Positions 45,877-55,418 of a stretch of 57,671 nucleotides of DNA are shown one piece after another. The first letter of the stretch is position 1. Each line of letters opens with the position of its first letter. Source of the DNA: an uncultured bacterium (GTDB taxonomy: Bacteria; Bacillota_I; Bacilli_A; RF39; UBA660); NCBI GenBank assembly GCA_949284575.1, contig CASDWO010000026.1, positions 1-57,671 of the forward strand, given 5' to 3'. The notes under the pieces are model-generated. The model had not been told where the DNA came from. It did no database searches and worked only from the letters and a program-made list of their open reading frames with translations. The position numbers and the translations under genes were made by a program.

Positions 45877-47426
45877 ATGCAAGTATTAGATGATAAGCTT
45901 AATAAAGAGTTTATATTTGATCTTTATAGTAAAATTAATTTAGATTTTAAAGAATATGATAAGATTACAAGAAAGCAAATGTTATTATTTATCAATAATT
46001 TTTATAGTGATTATCATAATATAATTGATATTTGTACAGTAAGAGAACTTAAGCTTTTAAAAAGACTTGCTAGTGGTGAAGAGATTAATCATAGCGATGA
46101 AAAATATGATTTTGAGATATCTACTTTAATAAATAAGATGTTAATTGGTTATGATTTTAGTGATGGCTATTTATAGCAGATGAATTTAAAGATAATATTT
46201 TGTTAGCTTTATCTAAAGTTAATATGAAAAATGCTAAAAAACTAGATGAACTTAATGAATTTTTAGTTGGTTTTTGTAAGGTTAATGGTAATGTACTTGT
46301 AGAGACACTTATAAGTATAGCTTTGCAATTATTTGATCATAGTGAAGAGGAACTTAGAGAACATATTGTTAATAATAAATTGTTTAGATACTATGTTATG
46401 CTTGATTATAAATATATAGAATCTTTAGATAGTAAAATGATTGTAGCAATGTATAGTGATTATTATTATGTGATGGATAGATTAGATGAAAATAGGAAAA
46501 AATATGCTTTACTTTCTAACTCAAATTTTGATTTAGATATGTATAAGAATATATTTTATAATAATTTTGATACTAGTAATAAAATAGTTTCTAAATTTCT
46601 TAGAGAAATTAAAGCTTTACCTTTCTTTTGGAATAGAACTTTAGAAGAATTTAGAATTTGTGCTTTATTAAATGAAGGAAGAGAAGAGTTAAAAGAATCA
46701 ATTAGTAATGTACCTATTTTAAAGATGGAACATATAGATTTGACTAATTTTTTTGATTTAATGGATAAAGCTCTTGATGATATGCCTTCAGGTGCTTTAA
46801 ATGGAATGACTCCTAATCAATATTATAAGAAATCTAAAGAAACAATAGAGCATGATATAAAAAAAGAAAAAGAATATGTAAAACAAACTAATGCTCATTT
46901 AAATGAAAAGGATGCTAAGAAATTTTATGATCTATACTTTTCTTTGTTAGAATATGTGAATAATAAATATCATATTAATACTAGTCTTAAAAAAATATAT
47001 AAACAACATTTTTTAGATCCTAATACTTTAGTACCTGTTATAGAATATCTTTTTAGTGATAAAGAAAATATTATAGATTCCTATATAATAGAAAATCCTC
47101 ATAAATTTACTAAAGATGATTTAAATGTAATTAAGAAATTTAAAGATGGTATTAGAGAAACAGTTGTGATTGCAAAGTTTGAAGAAGAATATACTGGTGT
47201 TGTTAGTGATTATAAAGTATATATGATTAAAGGAGTTAATTCTAATATTGATGAGATTATTTCTTATAAACAATTACCTTATTTAGTTATTATGACGCTT
47301 TTACCGTTTAAAGATGTAATTATCTATGATGGTATTATGACAGGTATTCCAGTTGGTTTAGGTGTTAATTTTGCTAAGATGGTAGAAAATGATTATAATA
47401 AAAATATGAAATATTATCATTTATAA
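45877..47426 (+). pseudogene. unknown-function gene split by a -1 frameshift near 46164-46176 (99-aa plus 408-aa ORFs)
   Basis: ORF1 ends ...GYDFSDGYL* at 46176. The second frame is already open from 46164 (WLFIADEFKDNILLALSKV...), so the two read as one ~510-aa protein if 1 nt is removed or a -1 shift occurs. There is no slippery heptamer. Confidence 0.5.
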
Positions 47427-47531
47427 GAAAGAGATTATTTTAAAATAGTCTTTTTTTTCGTAATTTATTAAGAAAATAGATTTGTATAAAGTTGTAAGAG
47501 AGTGATATACTAGATTAAGAAAGGATGATTT

Positions 47532-48911
47532 ATGTTGAAAGAGAATATTTGGAAGAAGTATGATGCAGTAGAAGTTTCTAAAGTTTTTGAAATGGGTGAT
47601 GATTATAAGAAGTTTTTAACTGTTTCTAAAACAGAAAGAGAAGCAAATAGAGAAATTATAAGGCGTGCAAAGGAGAAAGGTTTCCACAATATTGTGGATT
47701 ATATAAAAGAAGGAAAGAGATTAAAACCTGGTGATAAAATTTATGCTGATAATAGAGGAAAAGCCGTTGCTTTATTTGTTATTGGAAAAGATTCTATTAC
47801 TAATGGTATGAATATATTAGGAGCTCATATTGATTCACCTAGACTTGATTTAAAAGCTAATCCTTTATATGAAGATACTGATTTTGCATATTTTGATACA
47901 CATTATTATGGTGGTATTAAGAAATATCAATGGACTACTATTCCGTTAGCTTTGCATGGAGTCATTGTAAAAAAAGATGGTACAAAGATAGATGTTAATA
48001 TAGGAGAAAAAGAAGATGATCCTGTATTTTGTATAACAGATTTACTTCCTCATTTAGCTAGTGAACAAATGAAAAAGACATCTGATAAATTAATTGAAGG
48101 AGAAGCTTTAGATGTATTAATAGCTAATATGCCTTTAAAAGGTGAAGATAAGAATGAGGTTAAAGCTAATGTACTTTCTTTATTAAAAGAAAAATATGAT
48201 ATAACAGAAGAGGATTTTTTATCTAGTGAAATAGAAGTAGTACCTGCAGGAAGAGCTCGTGATATGGGCTTAGATAGAAGTATGGTTTTAGCATATGGAC
48301 AGGATGATAGAAGTTGTGCTTATTCTTCTCTTATGGCTATATTAGATTCTAAAGGGTCTGATAAGACAGTGAGCTGTATTTTAGTTGATAAAGAGGAAAT
48401 AGGTAGTGTGGGATCTACTGGTATGTGTTCTACTTTTTATGAAAATACTGTAGCAGAGATTTGTCAGTTATTAGGTGAAGATAGTTTTGTAGCGGTAAGA
48501 AGAGTTTTTGCTAATTCTAAGATGTTATCTAGTGATGTTAATGCGGGATATGATCCTATGTATGCTAGTGTTATGGATAAACGAAATGCTTCATATTTAG
48601 CTCGGGGATTAGTATTTTGTAAATATACAGGTTCTCGTGGTAAAAGTGGAAGTAATGATGCTGATGCTGAGTTTATTGCAGAACTTAGAAATATCTTGGA
48701 TAGTGATAATGTTAGTTATCAAGTGTCAGAGTTAGGCAAAGTTGATATTGGTGGTGGAGGTACAATTGCTTATATTCTTGCTAATTTAGATGTAAAAGTA
48801 ATTGATGCAGGTGTAGCAGTCTTAAATATGCATGCTCCATATGAAGTAACTAGTAAGGTTGATATTTATGAAGCTTATTTAGGATATTTATCTTTTTTAA
48901 ATAAAGCATAG
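47532..48911 (+). CDS. M18-family aminopeptidase
   Basis: 459 aa. GAHIDSPRLDLK, the acidic DKEEIGS pair and the C-terminal NMHAPYE motif match M18 aminopeptidase 1-type enzymes. Confidence 0.8.
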   Translation: MLKENIWKKYDAVEVSKVFEMGDDYKKFLTVSKTEREANREIIRRAKEKGFHNIVDYIKEGKRLKPGDKIYADNRGKAVALFVIGKDSITNGMNILGAHIDSPRLDLKANPLYEDTDFAYFDTHYYGGIKKYQWTTIPLALHGVIVKKDGTKIDVNIGEKEDDPVFCITDLLPHLASEQMKKTSDKLIEGEALDVLIANMPLKGEDKNEVKANVLSLLKEKYDITEEDFLSSEIEVVPAGRARDMGLDRSMVLAYGQDDRSCAYSSLMAILDSKGSDKTVSCILVDKEEIGSVGSTGMCSTFYENTVAEICQLLGEDSFVAVRRVFANSKMLSSDVNAGYDPMYASVMDKRNASYLARGLVFCKYTGSRGKSGSNDADAEFIAELRNILDSDNVSYQVSELGKVDIGGGGTIAYILANLDVKVIDAGVAVLNMHAPYEVTSKVDIYEAYLGYLSFLNKA

Positions 48912-48982
48912 TTTAATAGCTATGTTTTTATTTGTTTCTTCTTTTTTACTGTTACGCAATAACGTTATAATAAGATAATAAG

Positions 48983-49606
48983 CTAATGACAATAACTTCT
49001 AAGAGCTTCCATAATCTCTTCTTCTTTAATAGGTCCTGGTCTTTGAATTTTTATATTATTACCCGTAAGGTCAACTATCGTGCTAGCTTCTCCAAAAGAT
49101 ATATAGCCTAGAACCATTCCATCAAGAGTAGGGCATTCTTTTTCTATTTCATCTAAACTTTTACATACATCTTTTCCAGAAATATTTGCACTACTTAAAA
49201 ATATAGGATTTCCCACTTCTTTAATTAATTCTTTTAAAAAGGGAGTAGTGGCCATTCTAATAGCAAGTTCATTTGTTTTTTTTGTCCCTGCATTATTAAT
49301 ATATGAAAGTACATCAGGTCTTTTATTTAAGACTAAAGTAATAGGACCTGGCATAAAAGCTTTAATTAACTTGAGAGCTTTTTGATCTATGATAGCAATA
49401 CTTTTAATTTGTTCTATATCACTACACATAATAGGGAAAGATTTATTGGAAGGACGATTTTTAACACTAACTAATTTATCATAAGCTTTACTTGAATTAA
49501 TTCTAGCACAGATACCATAAACAGTATCAGTAGGTACACTAATAACACCATCATTTTTAAGAATAGTTGCAAGTTCTTTTATTTCACTTTGTTTATATCG
49601 TCTCAT
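48983..49606 (-). CDS. tsaC: L-threonylcarbamoyladenylate synthase (Sua5/YciO/YrdC/YwlC family)
   Basis: PTDTVYG motif, a KxRxxxKxF/P segment, and SSANISG. 207 aa, single domain. Confidence 0.85.
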   Translation of the reverse strand: MRRYKQSEIKELATILKNDGVISVPTDTVYGICARINSSKAYDKLVSVKNRPSNKSFPIMCSDIEQIKSIAIIDQKALKLIKAFMPGPITLVLNKRPDVLSYINNAGTKKTNELAIRMATTPFLKELIKEVGNPIFLSSANISGKDVCKSLDEIEKECPTLDGMVLGYISFGEASTIVDLTGNNIKIQRPGPIKEEEIMEALRSYCH

Positions 49607-50075
49607 TAACTACACCTCTATTTAAAAATATTTTAAAAGATTGTATCACTTACTAATAAGCTTTGCAAGTAATGTCGTAATGATTGTCATAAGAAATATC
49701 GTAAAAAAATCACAGATGTTGCCTTTATCAATCTTAAATGATAATATAAATTTAAATTAGAAGAGAGGGATATTAATATGCTAAAAAAATGAAAAAACAA
49801 CTATAAAAATAGAGTTCAAAGATGAAATACTAGAACTAGCAAAAGAAATATCTAATGCCTATCTCATTATTGTTAAAGGTAAATTAAAAATGATATAATA
49901 CTACAAAGAATATTTAAAATATCTAAAAGATAATAATCTAGAAATAGAATTTGCTAATCTCCACTTTATAAATAAGAGGAATTCTAAAGAAGAATTAAAT
50001 AAGTTTTTAAATCCTAAAAGAAGTTATTTAGAAGATTTATTAGAATTAGATAGTTATAATTAAAAAAGATAGTTG

Positions 50076-51418
50076 TTATTTTATATATTTACTATCTTTT
50101 TGGTTATTGTCTTTAACATACTGAGTACTTGTAGTTATCTCAACTGCTTTATCAATAAAGTTATTAATATTCTCTTTATATAATAATAGTACTTTTTTAG
50201 TAGTTTCAATAACTTCTTCTTCAATGCCTAAAAAATCTGCAATTGATTTTGTAGAAAAATATTTATTATCAACATAGCCTAGTCTTAAACAAATAATAAT
50301 TGCTTCTTTAACTGATAAAACATTAAGTATATCACTAAACTTTAGAGTTTTCATCATATCTAATATTTTTATATAGTCATCTTTAGTTAAATCCTCTTCT
50401 ACAGATAAAGTCTGTGATTTTTTATCAACATTATTATTACTATGCTTTAAGGATATTTCATCTTCTGTATCTTTAAGATTTTCTTTCTTTTTTAAACTTG
50501 ATAACATGCTTTTCATTTTTGGTAGAAGCCACCCATAAAACCTATTTGATTTCTTTTTATCAAAATTATCATTTTTAATAGGATTTTCTAAATCATTTCC
50601 ATATCTAGCATATAATAATTCTTTTTCACTATCTGAAAGTCTTAAAATAACTTCATCAATTTCCTCTTTACTATATTTATCAAAATATTCGTATATACTT
50701 TTTAATTTTTTTGGCATTATTTCATTCTCTCTATTTCTAACTAGTTTTTCACTAATTTCATCGACAATTCCCAATTTAATTAGTTCTTCTTTAATTTTAT
50801 TTACATTTTTTTTAATTATTTTAGAAATATGAGCTTTTGATAAGTTGAATTTTTTAGAAATATCGCTTTGGCTATATACTTTATCATCGTAAAAACCAAA
50901 ACAAAGTGATACAATCTCTTTATCTCTATCTGGCAATTTATTTACTAATTCCCTAACTACTTTATTAGTACAATCTTCTTCAATGTCACTAACAAAATCA
51001 ACAGATTTATCAACTAGAGTATCTTCTAATGTAATTTCATTTCCTTTGTCATCGCTTTTTAAACAACAATTTATACTTTCATCGTATAAATGTTTTTTTT
51101 GTTTTCTAATAAACATACCAATTTCATTATTAATACATGTACCAGCATAAGTGGAAAATTTTATTTTTTTTCGATATTAAAAGTATCAACACTTTTTATT
51201 AGCCCTAATATACCAACCGCTACAAGTTCTTCACTATCATATGGTGTATTATTAAACTTCTTTAACACAGTATTTAAAACTAATTTAATGTTATGGTTAA
51301 TAACCATCTCTCTAGCTTTTAAATCACCATTATGAGCCTTTTTTATATATTCAATCACTTCATCATGTGTTAAAGGAGCAGGTAAATTGGAAGAAATAAA
51401 TAATTTGTTGTCTAACAT
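50076..51418 (-). pseudogene. sporulation-type (SigE/SigK-like) sigma-70 family factor split at an A8 tract, with a ~240-aa C-terminal extension holding two extra sigma-4-like modules
   Basis: The N-part (51418-51161) has region 2 (GDLKAREMVINHNIKLV..., GILGLIKSVDTF) and ends at a TAA created in atcgAAAAAAAAtaa (51164-51171). With 9 A the frame continues as FNIEKKIKFSTYAGTCINNEIGMFIRKQKK, which is the canonical FSTYA..I.NEI..F.R. Region 4 is LPDRDKEIVSLCFG...SQSDISKKFNLSKAHISKI. Extra modules are LRLSDSEKELLYARYG and LSVKEAIIICLRLGYVD...STKSIADFLGI. Confidence 0.7.
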
Positions 51419-51484
51419 AATACCCCCTCTTTCAAATTTATATATATAATAGCACTGATTAATTTTATTTACAAATATTTTTTC

Positions 51485-51514
51485 TTGACAATTGAATGAA
51501 CGTTCAACTATAAT
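51485..51514 (+). promoter_or_regulatory. promoter of the metal-efflux operon with a palindromic operator in the spacer
   Basis: TTGACA (51485-90), 18 nt, TATAAT (51509-14). The perfect 10-bp palindrome TGAACGTTCA (51497-51506) lies in the spacer. The inverted repeat tcaactat/atagttga and a second gttcaactataa lie just downstream. Confidence 0.6.
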
Positions 51515-51571
51515 GAAGATAGTTGAGTAATAGTTCAACTATAACATATAATATTAATAGGATGTGATAAT

Positions 51572-51934
51572 ATGTCTAGAAATGAATTTTCATGTGACTG
51601 TAATATTATTCATAAGGAAGCAGTAGATAAAGTCTTAAATAAAATGCCTAATGAAAATACGTTTAATCATTTAGCAGATTTATTTAAATTAATAGGTGAT
51701 ACAACAAGATGTAGAATCCTTTTTGCACTTGATCAAGATGAAATGTGTGTCTGTGATTTAGCTAATGTCTTAAATATGACTAAATCAAGTGTTTCTCATC
51801 AATTAGCAACTCTTAGAAGAAGTGGAATAGTTAAATGCAGAAGAAGTGGTAAAGAAGTATATTACACTCTAGATGATGATCATATTGTTAAATTATTTGA
51901 AATAGGACTAGAACATATTAATCATAAAGGATAG
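51572..51934 (+). CDS. ArsR/SmtB family metalloregulator (CadC-like)
   Basis: LADLFKLIGDTTRCRILFAL, the alpha3 CVCDL motif and the MTKSSVSHQL recognition helix. Confidence 0.9.
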   Translation: MSRNEFSCDCNIIHKEAVDKVLNKMPNENTFNHLADLFKLIGDTTRCRILFALDQDEMCVCDLANVLNMTKSSVSHQLATLRRSGIVKCRRSGKEVYYTLDDDHIVKLFEIGLEHINHKG

Positions 51935-51949
51935 AAAGAAGGAAATAAT

Positions 51950-52174
51950 ATGAAAGATTATAAATATAAAATAGAAGGATTAGATTGTGCTAATTGTGCC
52001 AATCTTTTAGAAGAATCTTTAAGAAAAATAGATTTAATAGAAAATGTCTCTATTAGTTTTATGATGGAAAGATTAACTTTTAGTTGTAATGAAGATAATA
52101 TAAATAATGCCTTAAAACAAATTAAAAAAACAATAAGAAGAGAAGAGCCTGATGTTAGTATTGAGGAGGTATAA
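51950..52174 (+). CDS. stand-alone heavy-metal-associated (HMA) domain protein
   Basis: GLDCANCA (CxxC) in a 74-aa ferredoxin-like module, 2 nt before the ATPase start. Confidence 0.8.
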   Translation: MKDYKYKIEGLDCANCANLLEESLRKIDLIENVSISFMMERLTFSCNEDNINNALKQIKKTIRREEPDVSIEEV

Positions 52175-52176
52175 TA

Positions 52177-54039
52177 ATGACTAAAAAGATGAGAAAAAAA
52201 TTAATTAGAATTGTTATATCTTTTATCTTACTAATACTAGCATTTATCCTTAAACTAGATAATGTTATCATTAATGACATTCTATTTATTATCTCTTATC
52301 TAATAGTAGGTTATGATATCATCTTAAAAGCCTTAAGAAATATAACAAGAGGAAAAGTCTTTGATGAGAATTTCTTAATGACTATTGCAACCATAGGAGC
52401 CTTTTTTATTGGTGAATTTCCTGAAGCAGTCGCAGTAATGCTTTTCTATCAAGTAGGAGAATTATTCCAAAGTTATGCTGTTGATAAATCAAGAAAATCA
52501 GTTTCAGCATTAATGGATATAAGACCAGATTATGCCAATCTTTATCATGATGAAAAGACAGAAAGAGTAGATCCTAATAAAGTTAAAGTTGGTGATATTA
52601 TCTTAATAAAACCAGGTGAAAAGATACCTTTAGATGGTATTGTAGTAGAAGGTAACTCTTTTCTTAATACTCTTGCCCTTACAGGAGAATCTATGCCAAA
52701 AAGTGTAGTTGAGGGTGATGAAGTATTAAGTGGATGTATTAATAATGAAGGAATACTAAAAGTAAAAGTAACTAAAGAGTTTCAAAACTCTACTGTTAGT
52801 AAAATCTTAGACTTAGTAGAAAATGCTAGTAGTAGAAAATCTAAATCAGAAAACTTTATTAGTAAATTTGCAAAATATTACACACCAATAGTTGTAATAA
52901 TCGCTATTTTTCTTGCCTTTATTCCTACTTTAATATTGGATACTTCTTTTAAAAGTTGGATCTATAGAGCTTTATCATTTTTAGTTGTTTCTTGTCCTTG
53001 TGCTTTAGTAATATCAATTCCTCTAAGTTTCTTTGCTGGGATTGGGGCTGCCTCTAAAATAGGGGTTTTAGTAAAGGGGAGTAATTATTTAGAAGCTCTT
53101 GCTAATACAGAGATAGTTGTTTGTGATAAAACAGGAACATTAACAGAAGGAATCTTTAAAGTGCAGAAAGTTAATCCTGTAGGTTACTCCGAGGAGGAGT
53201 TATTAAAATATACAAGTTATGCAGAGAATTACTCTAATCATCCAATTGCTTTATCTATTAAAGAGGCTTATGGTAAAGCTATTAATGAAAAACTAGTTAT
53301 GAAAACTAGGGAACTTAAAGGTAAAGGAGTTATAGCTAAAGTAGAGTCTAAAGAAGTTTTAGTAGGTAATCTAAAATTAATGGATGAATATAATATTGAC
53401 TATGAAAAGAGTAATGATGTTGGTACTATTATTTATATTGCTGTTGATAATCTTTTCGCAGGTTCTATTGTTATTTCTGATAAGATTAAAGAAGATGCCT
53501 ATAAAGCAGTTAAAGAATTTAGAAGAAATAATGTTAAGAAAATAGTAATGTTAACAGGAGATAGAGAAGAAATTAGTAAAAATGTCTCAAAGAAATTAAA
53601 ACTAGATAATTATTATGCTGAACTACTACCTCAAGATAAAGTTAAAAAAGTAGAATCTTTAATGCAAGATGAAAGTATTGATGGTAAGTTAGTCTTTATT
53701 GGTGATGGTATTAATGATGCTCCTGTTCTTGCTTTGTCAGATATAGGAGTAGCAATGGGAGGGCTTGGTAGTGATGCGGCAATAGAAGCTGCTGATATCG
53801 TAATTATGACAGATGAACCATCTAAACTTGCTGATGCAATTAAAATAAGTAAAAAGACTATGCATATAGTAAAAGAAAATATTATTTTTGCTATTACGGT
53901 TAAAATCCTTGTTTTAATACTAAGCGCTTTAGGAGTAACAACAATGTGGGCGGCAGTATTCGCTGATGTTGGTGTTTCAGTTATCGCTATTATTAATGCT
54001 TTAAGAATATTAATAGTAAAAATAATTGACGAGAAATAA
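52177..54039 (+). CDS. P1B-type heavy-metal (Cd/Zn/Co-type) translocating ATPase lacking a fused N-terminal HMA domain
   Basis: TGES, CPC in TM6, DKTGTLT, SNHPIA (HP motif) and GDGINDAP. 620 aa. Confidence 0.9.
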   Translation: MTKKMRKKLIRIVISFILLILAFILKLDNVIINDILFIISYLIVGYDIILKALRNITRGKVFDENFLMTIATIGAFFIGEFPEAVAVMLFYQVGELFQSYAVDKSRKSVSALMDIRPDYANLYHDEKTERVDPNKVKVGDIILIKPGEKIPLDGIVVEGNSFLNTLALTGESMPKSVVEGDEVLSGCINNEGILKVKVTKEFQNSTVSKILDLVENASSRKSKSENFISKFAKYYTPIVVIIAIFLAFIPTLILDTSFKSWIYRALSFLVVSCPCALVISIPLSFFAGIGAASKIGVLVKGSNYLEALANTEIVVCDKTGTLTEGIFKVQKVNPVGYSEEELLKYTSYAENYSNHPIALSIKEAYGKAINEKLVMKTRELKGKGVIAKVESKEVLVGNLKLMDEYNIDYEKSNDVGTIIYIAVDNLFAGSIVISDKIKEDAYKAVKEFRRNNVKKIVMLTGDREEISKNVSKKLKLDNYYAELLPQDKVKKVESLMQDESIDGKLVFIGDGINDAPVLALSDIGVAMGGLGSDAAIEAADIVIMTDEPSKLADAIKISKKTMHIVKENIIFAITVKILVLILSALGVTTMWAAVFADVGVSVIAIINALRILIVKIIDEK

Positions 54040-54072
54040 AAATTGCTTTAGTATAAGTACTGGTGAAATATT

Positions 54073-55065
54073 ATGGATAAAATAGATATATTATATGCAA
54101 CAAATAAAAAATATTTGTTTGTTACTTTAGCATCACTTGTTTCTTTAATGGAAAATGCTAATTTAGCTTTAGATACTAAAATAAATATTAATTTAATGAC
54201 AGAAGGACTGGTTAAAGAAGATTATAAATTACTTGAAGAGATAATTAGTCTTTATCCTGCTTTTAAATTAACTGTATATCCTATTGAAGAGTTTAATATT
54301 GAAAAATATAATATTCCTAAATGGCTAAATACTCAGGTTGCTAATGCGAGATTATTTTTTCAAGAAATATTAGGTGATAAAGTTAAAAATATGGAAAAAA
54401 TTCTTTATTTAGATTCTGATACGATAGTAATAGATGATTTAAGAGGTTTAGAAAAATATCAAGAGGGAATATATGCTGTTAAAGATAGTGCTTTACCATC
54501 TTATTGTCGAAAATTAAATGTGGATAATTATTATAATTCTGGAGTTTTATATTTAGATCCTAAAAATTGGATAGAAAATAATTATCAAGAGAAGATTGTT
54601 GATTTTGTTAAGTACAATAGAGATTTTGATTTTTCTTATCCCGATCAAGATTTAATTAATGTTGTTTTAAAAGATGAGTTAAAACCGTTGGAAGAGTCTT
54701 ATAATGTGTCTCCTTTTATGTTTTCAATAACTGATAGAACTTTAGATTATTATTGTAAGGTAACAAATAATGATTATAGAAGTCTTAAAGAAAATATAAG
54801 AAATCCTAAAATTATTCATACTTGTGGCTTTTTAGGAATTAAACCTTGGATGGATAATGCGGTTAATCCTTATAATGATATATATAGATATTATTTAAGA
54901 CGAGTAAATGCTAATTTTGAAGTGGAAAATTTAACTGGAATTAAAGAATTTTTGGGAAAACATCCTAGACTGTTTTATAGTTTGTTACTATTAAAAACTT
55001 ATACTCCAGATAGTTTGCAAAACAGTACTAAAAAATTGGCATTAAAATTTTATACAAAAAAATAG
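54073..55065 (+). CDS. glycosyltransferase family 8 protein
   Basis: ILYLDSDTIVIDD (DxD), YYNSGVLYLD, and PDQDLIN... then IIHTCG, the pattern of GT8 LPS-glycosyltransferase/GspA-like proteins. Confidence 0.8.
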   Translation: MDKIDILYATNKKYLFVTLASLVSLMENANLALDTKININLMTEGLVKEDYKLLEEIISLYPAFKLTVYPIEEFNIEKYNIPKWLNTQVANARLFFQEILGDKVKNMEKILYLDSDTIVIDDLRGLEKYQEGIYAVKDSALPSYCRKLNVDNYYNSGVLYLDPKNWIENNYQEKIVDFVKYNRDFDFSYPDQDLINVVLKDELKPLEESYNVSPFMFSITDRTLDYYCKVTNNDYRSLKENIRNPKIIHTCGFLGIKPWMDNAVNPYNDIYRYYLRRVNANFEVENLTGIKEFLGKHPRLFYSLLLLKTYTPDSLQNSTKKLALKFYTKK

Positions 55066-55298
55066 ATAATAATAGTGAAAAAAAGTTTTAAAATTAGTTT
55101 TTTAGGTAATAAAATAAGAGTTAGGATTAGAAGAATATTTAATAGTAATGATAGAAGTATTATTTTCGAATAATGAAAATGGTACTTTTTTCTTTATTAT
55201 AAATAAAATTATCATCTTTTTTTATATAATATGTATATAGGTCTATAATATTAATACTATTGACTTTATATCTTAAAACTATAACTAAAGTTATCTGC

Positions 55299-55316
55299 AA
55301 GTCATATATATGACTT
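55299..55316. promoter_or_regulatory. perfect 18-bp palindrome upstream of the ClpX-like gene (possible operator)
   Basis: AAGTCATATATATGACTT lies 42 bp upstream of the predicted -35. Confidence 0.35.
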
Positions 55317-55357
55317 TCTATAGATGGTTTAATATCTCTATCTTTTATATTTAATAC

Positions 55358-55386
55358 TAGACATAGGGTATTATTTGTAATATAAT
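55358..55386 (+). promoter_or_regulatory. sigma-A type promoter of the ClpX-like operon
   Basis: TAGACA, 17 nt, TATAAT (55381-86). RBS aaagggga precedes ATG 55419. Confidence 0.5.
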
Positions 55387-55418
55387 ATGAGCTACGAAAA
55401 GCAAAGGGGATTTTATAT

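Noticed and set aside
51090-51335. 81-aa plus-strand ORF, and the 40-codon upstream extension of the sigma N-terminal ORF (51419-51538)
   Set aside because: The former is antisense across the sigma frameshift site. The latter runs through the divergent cad promoter/operator. The RBS (gagggggt) supports Met at 51418.
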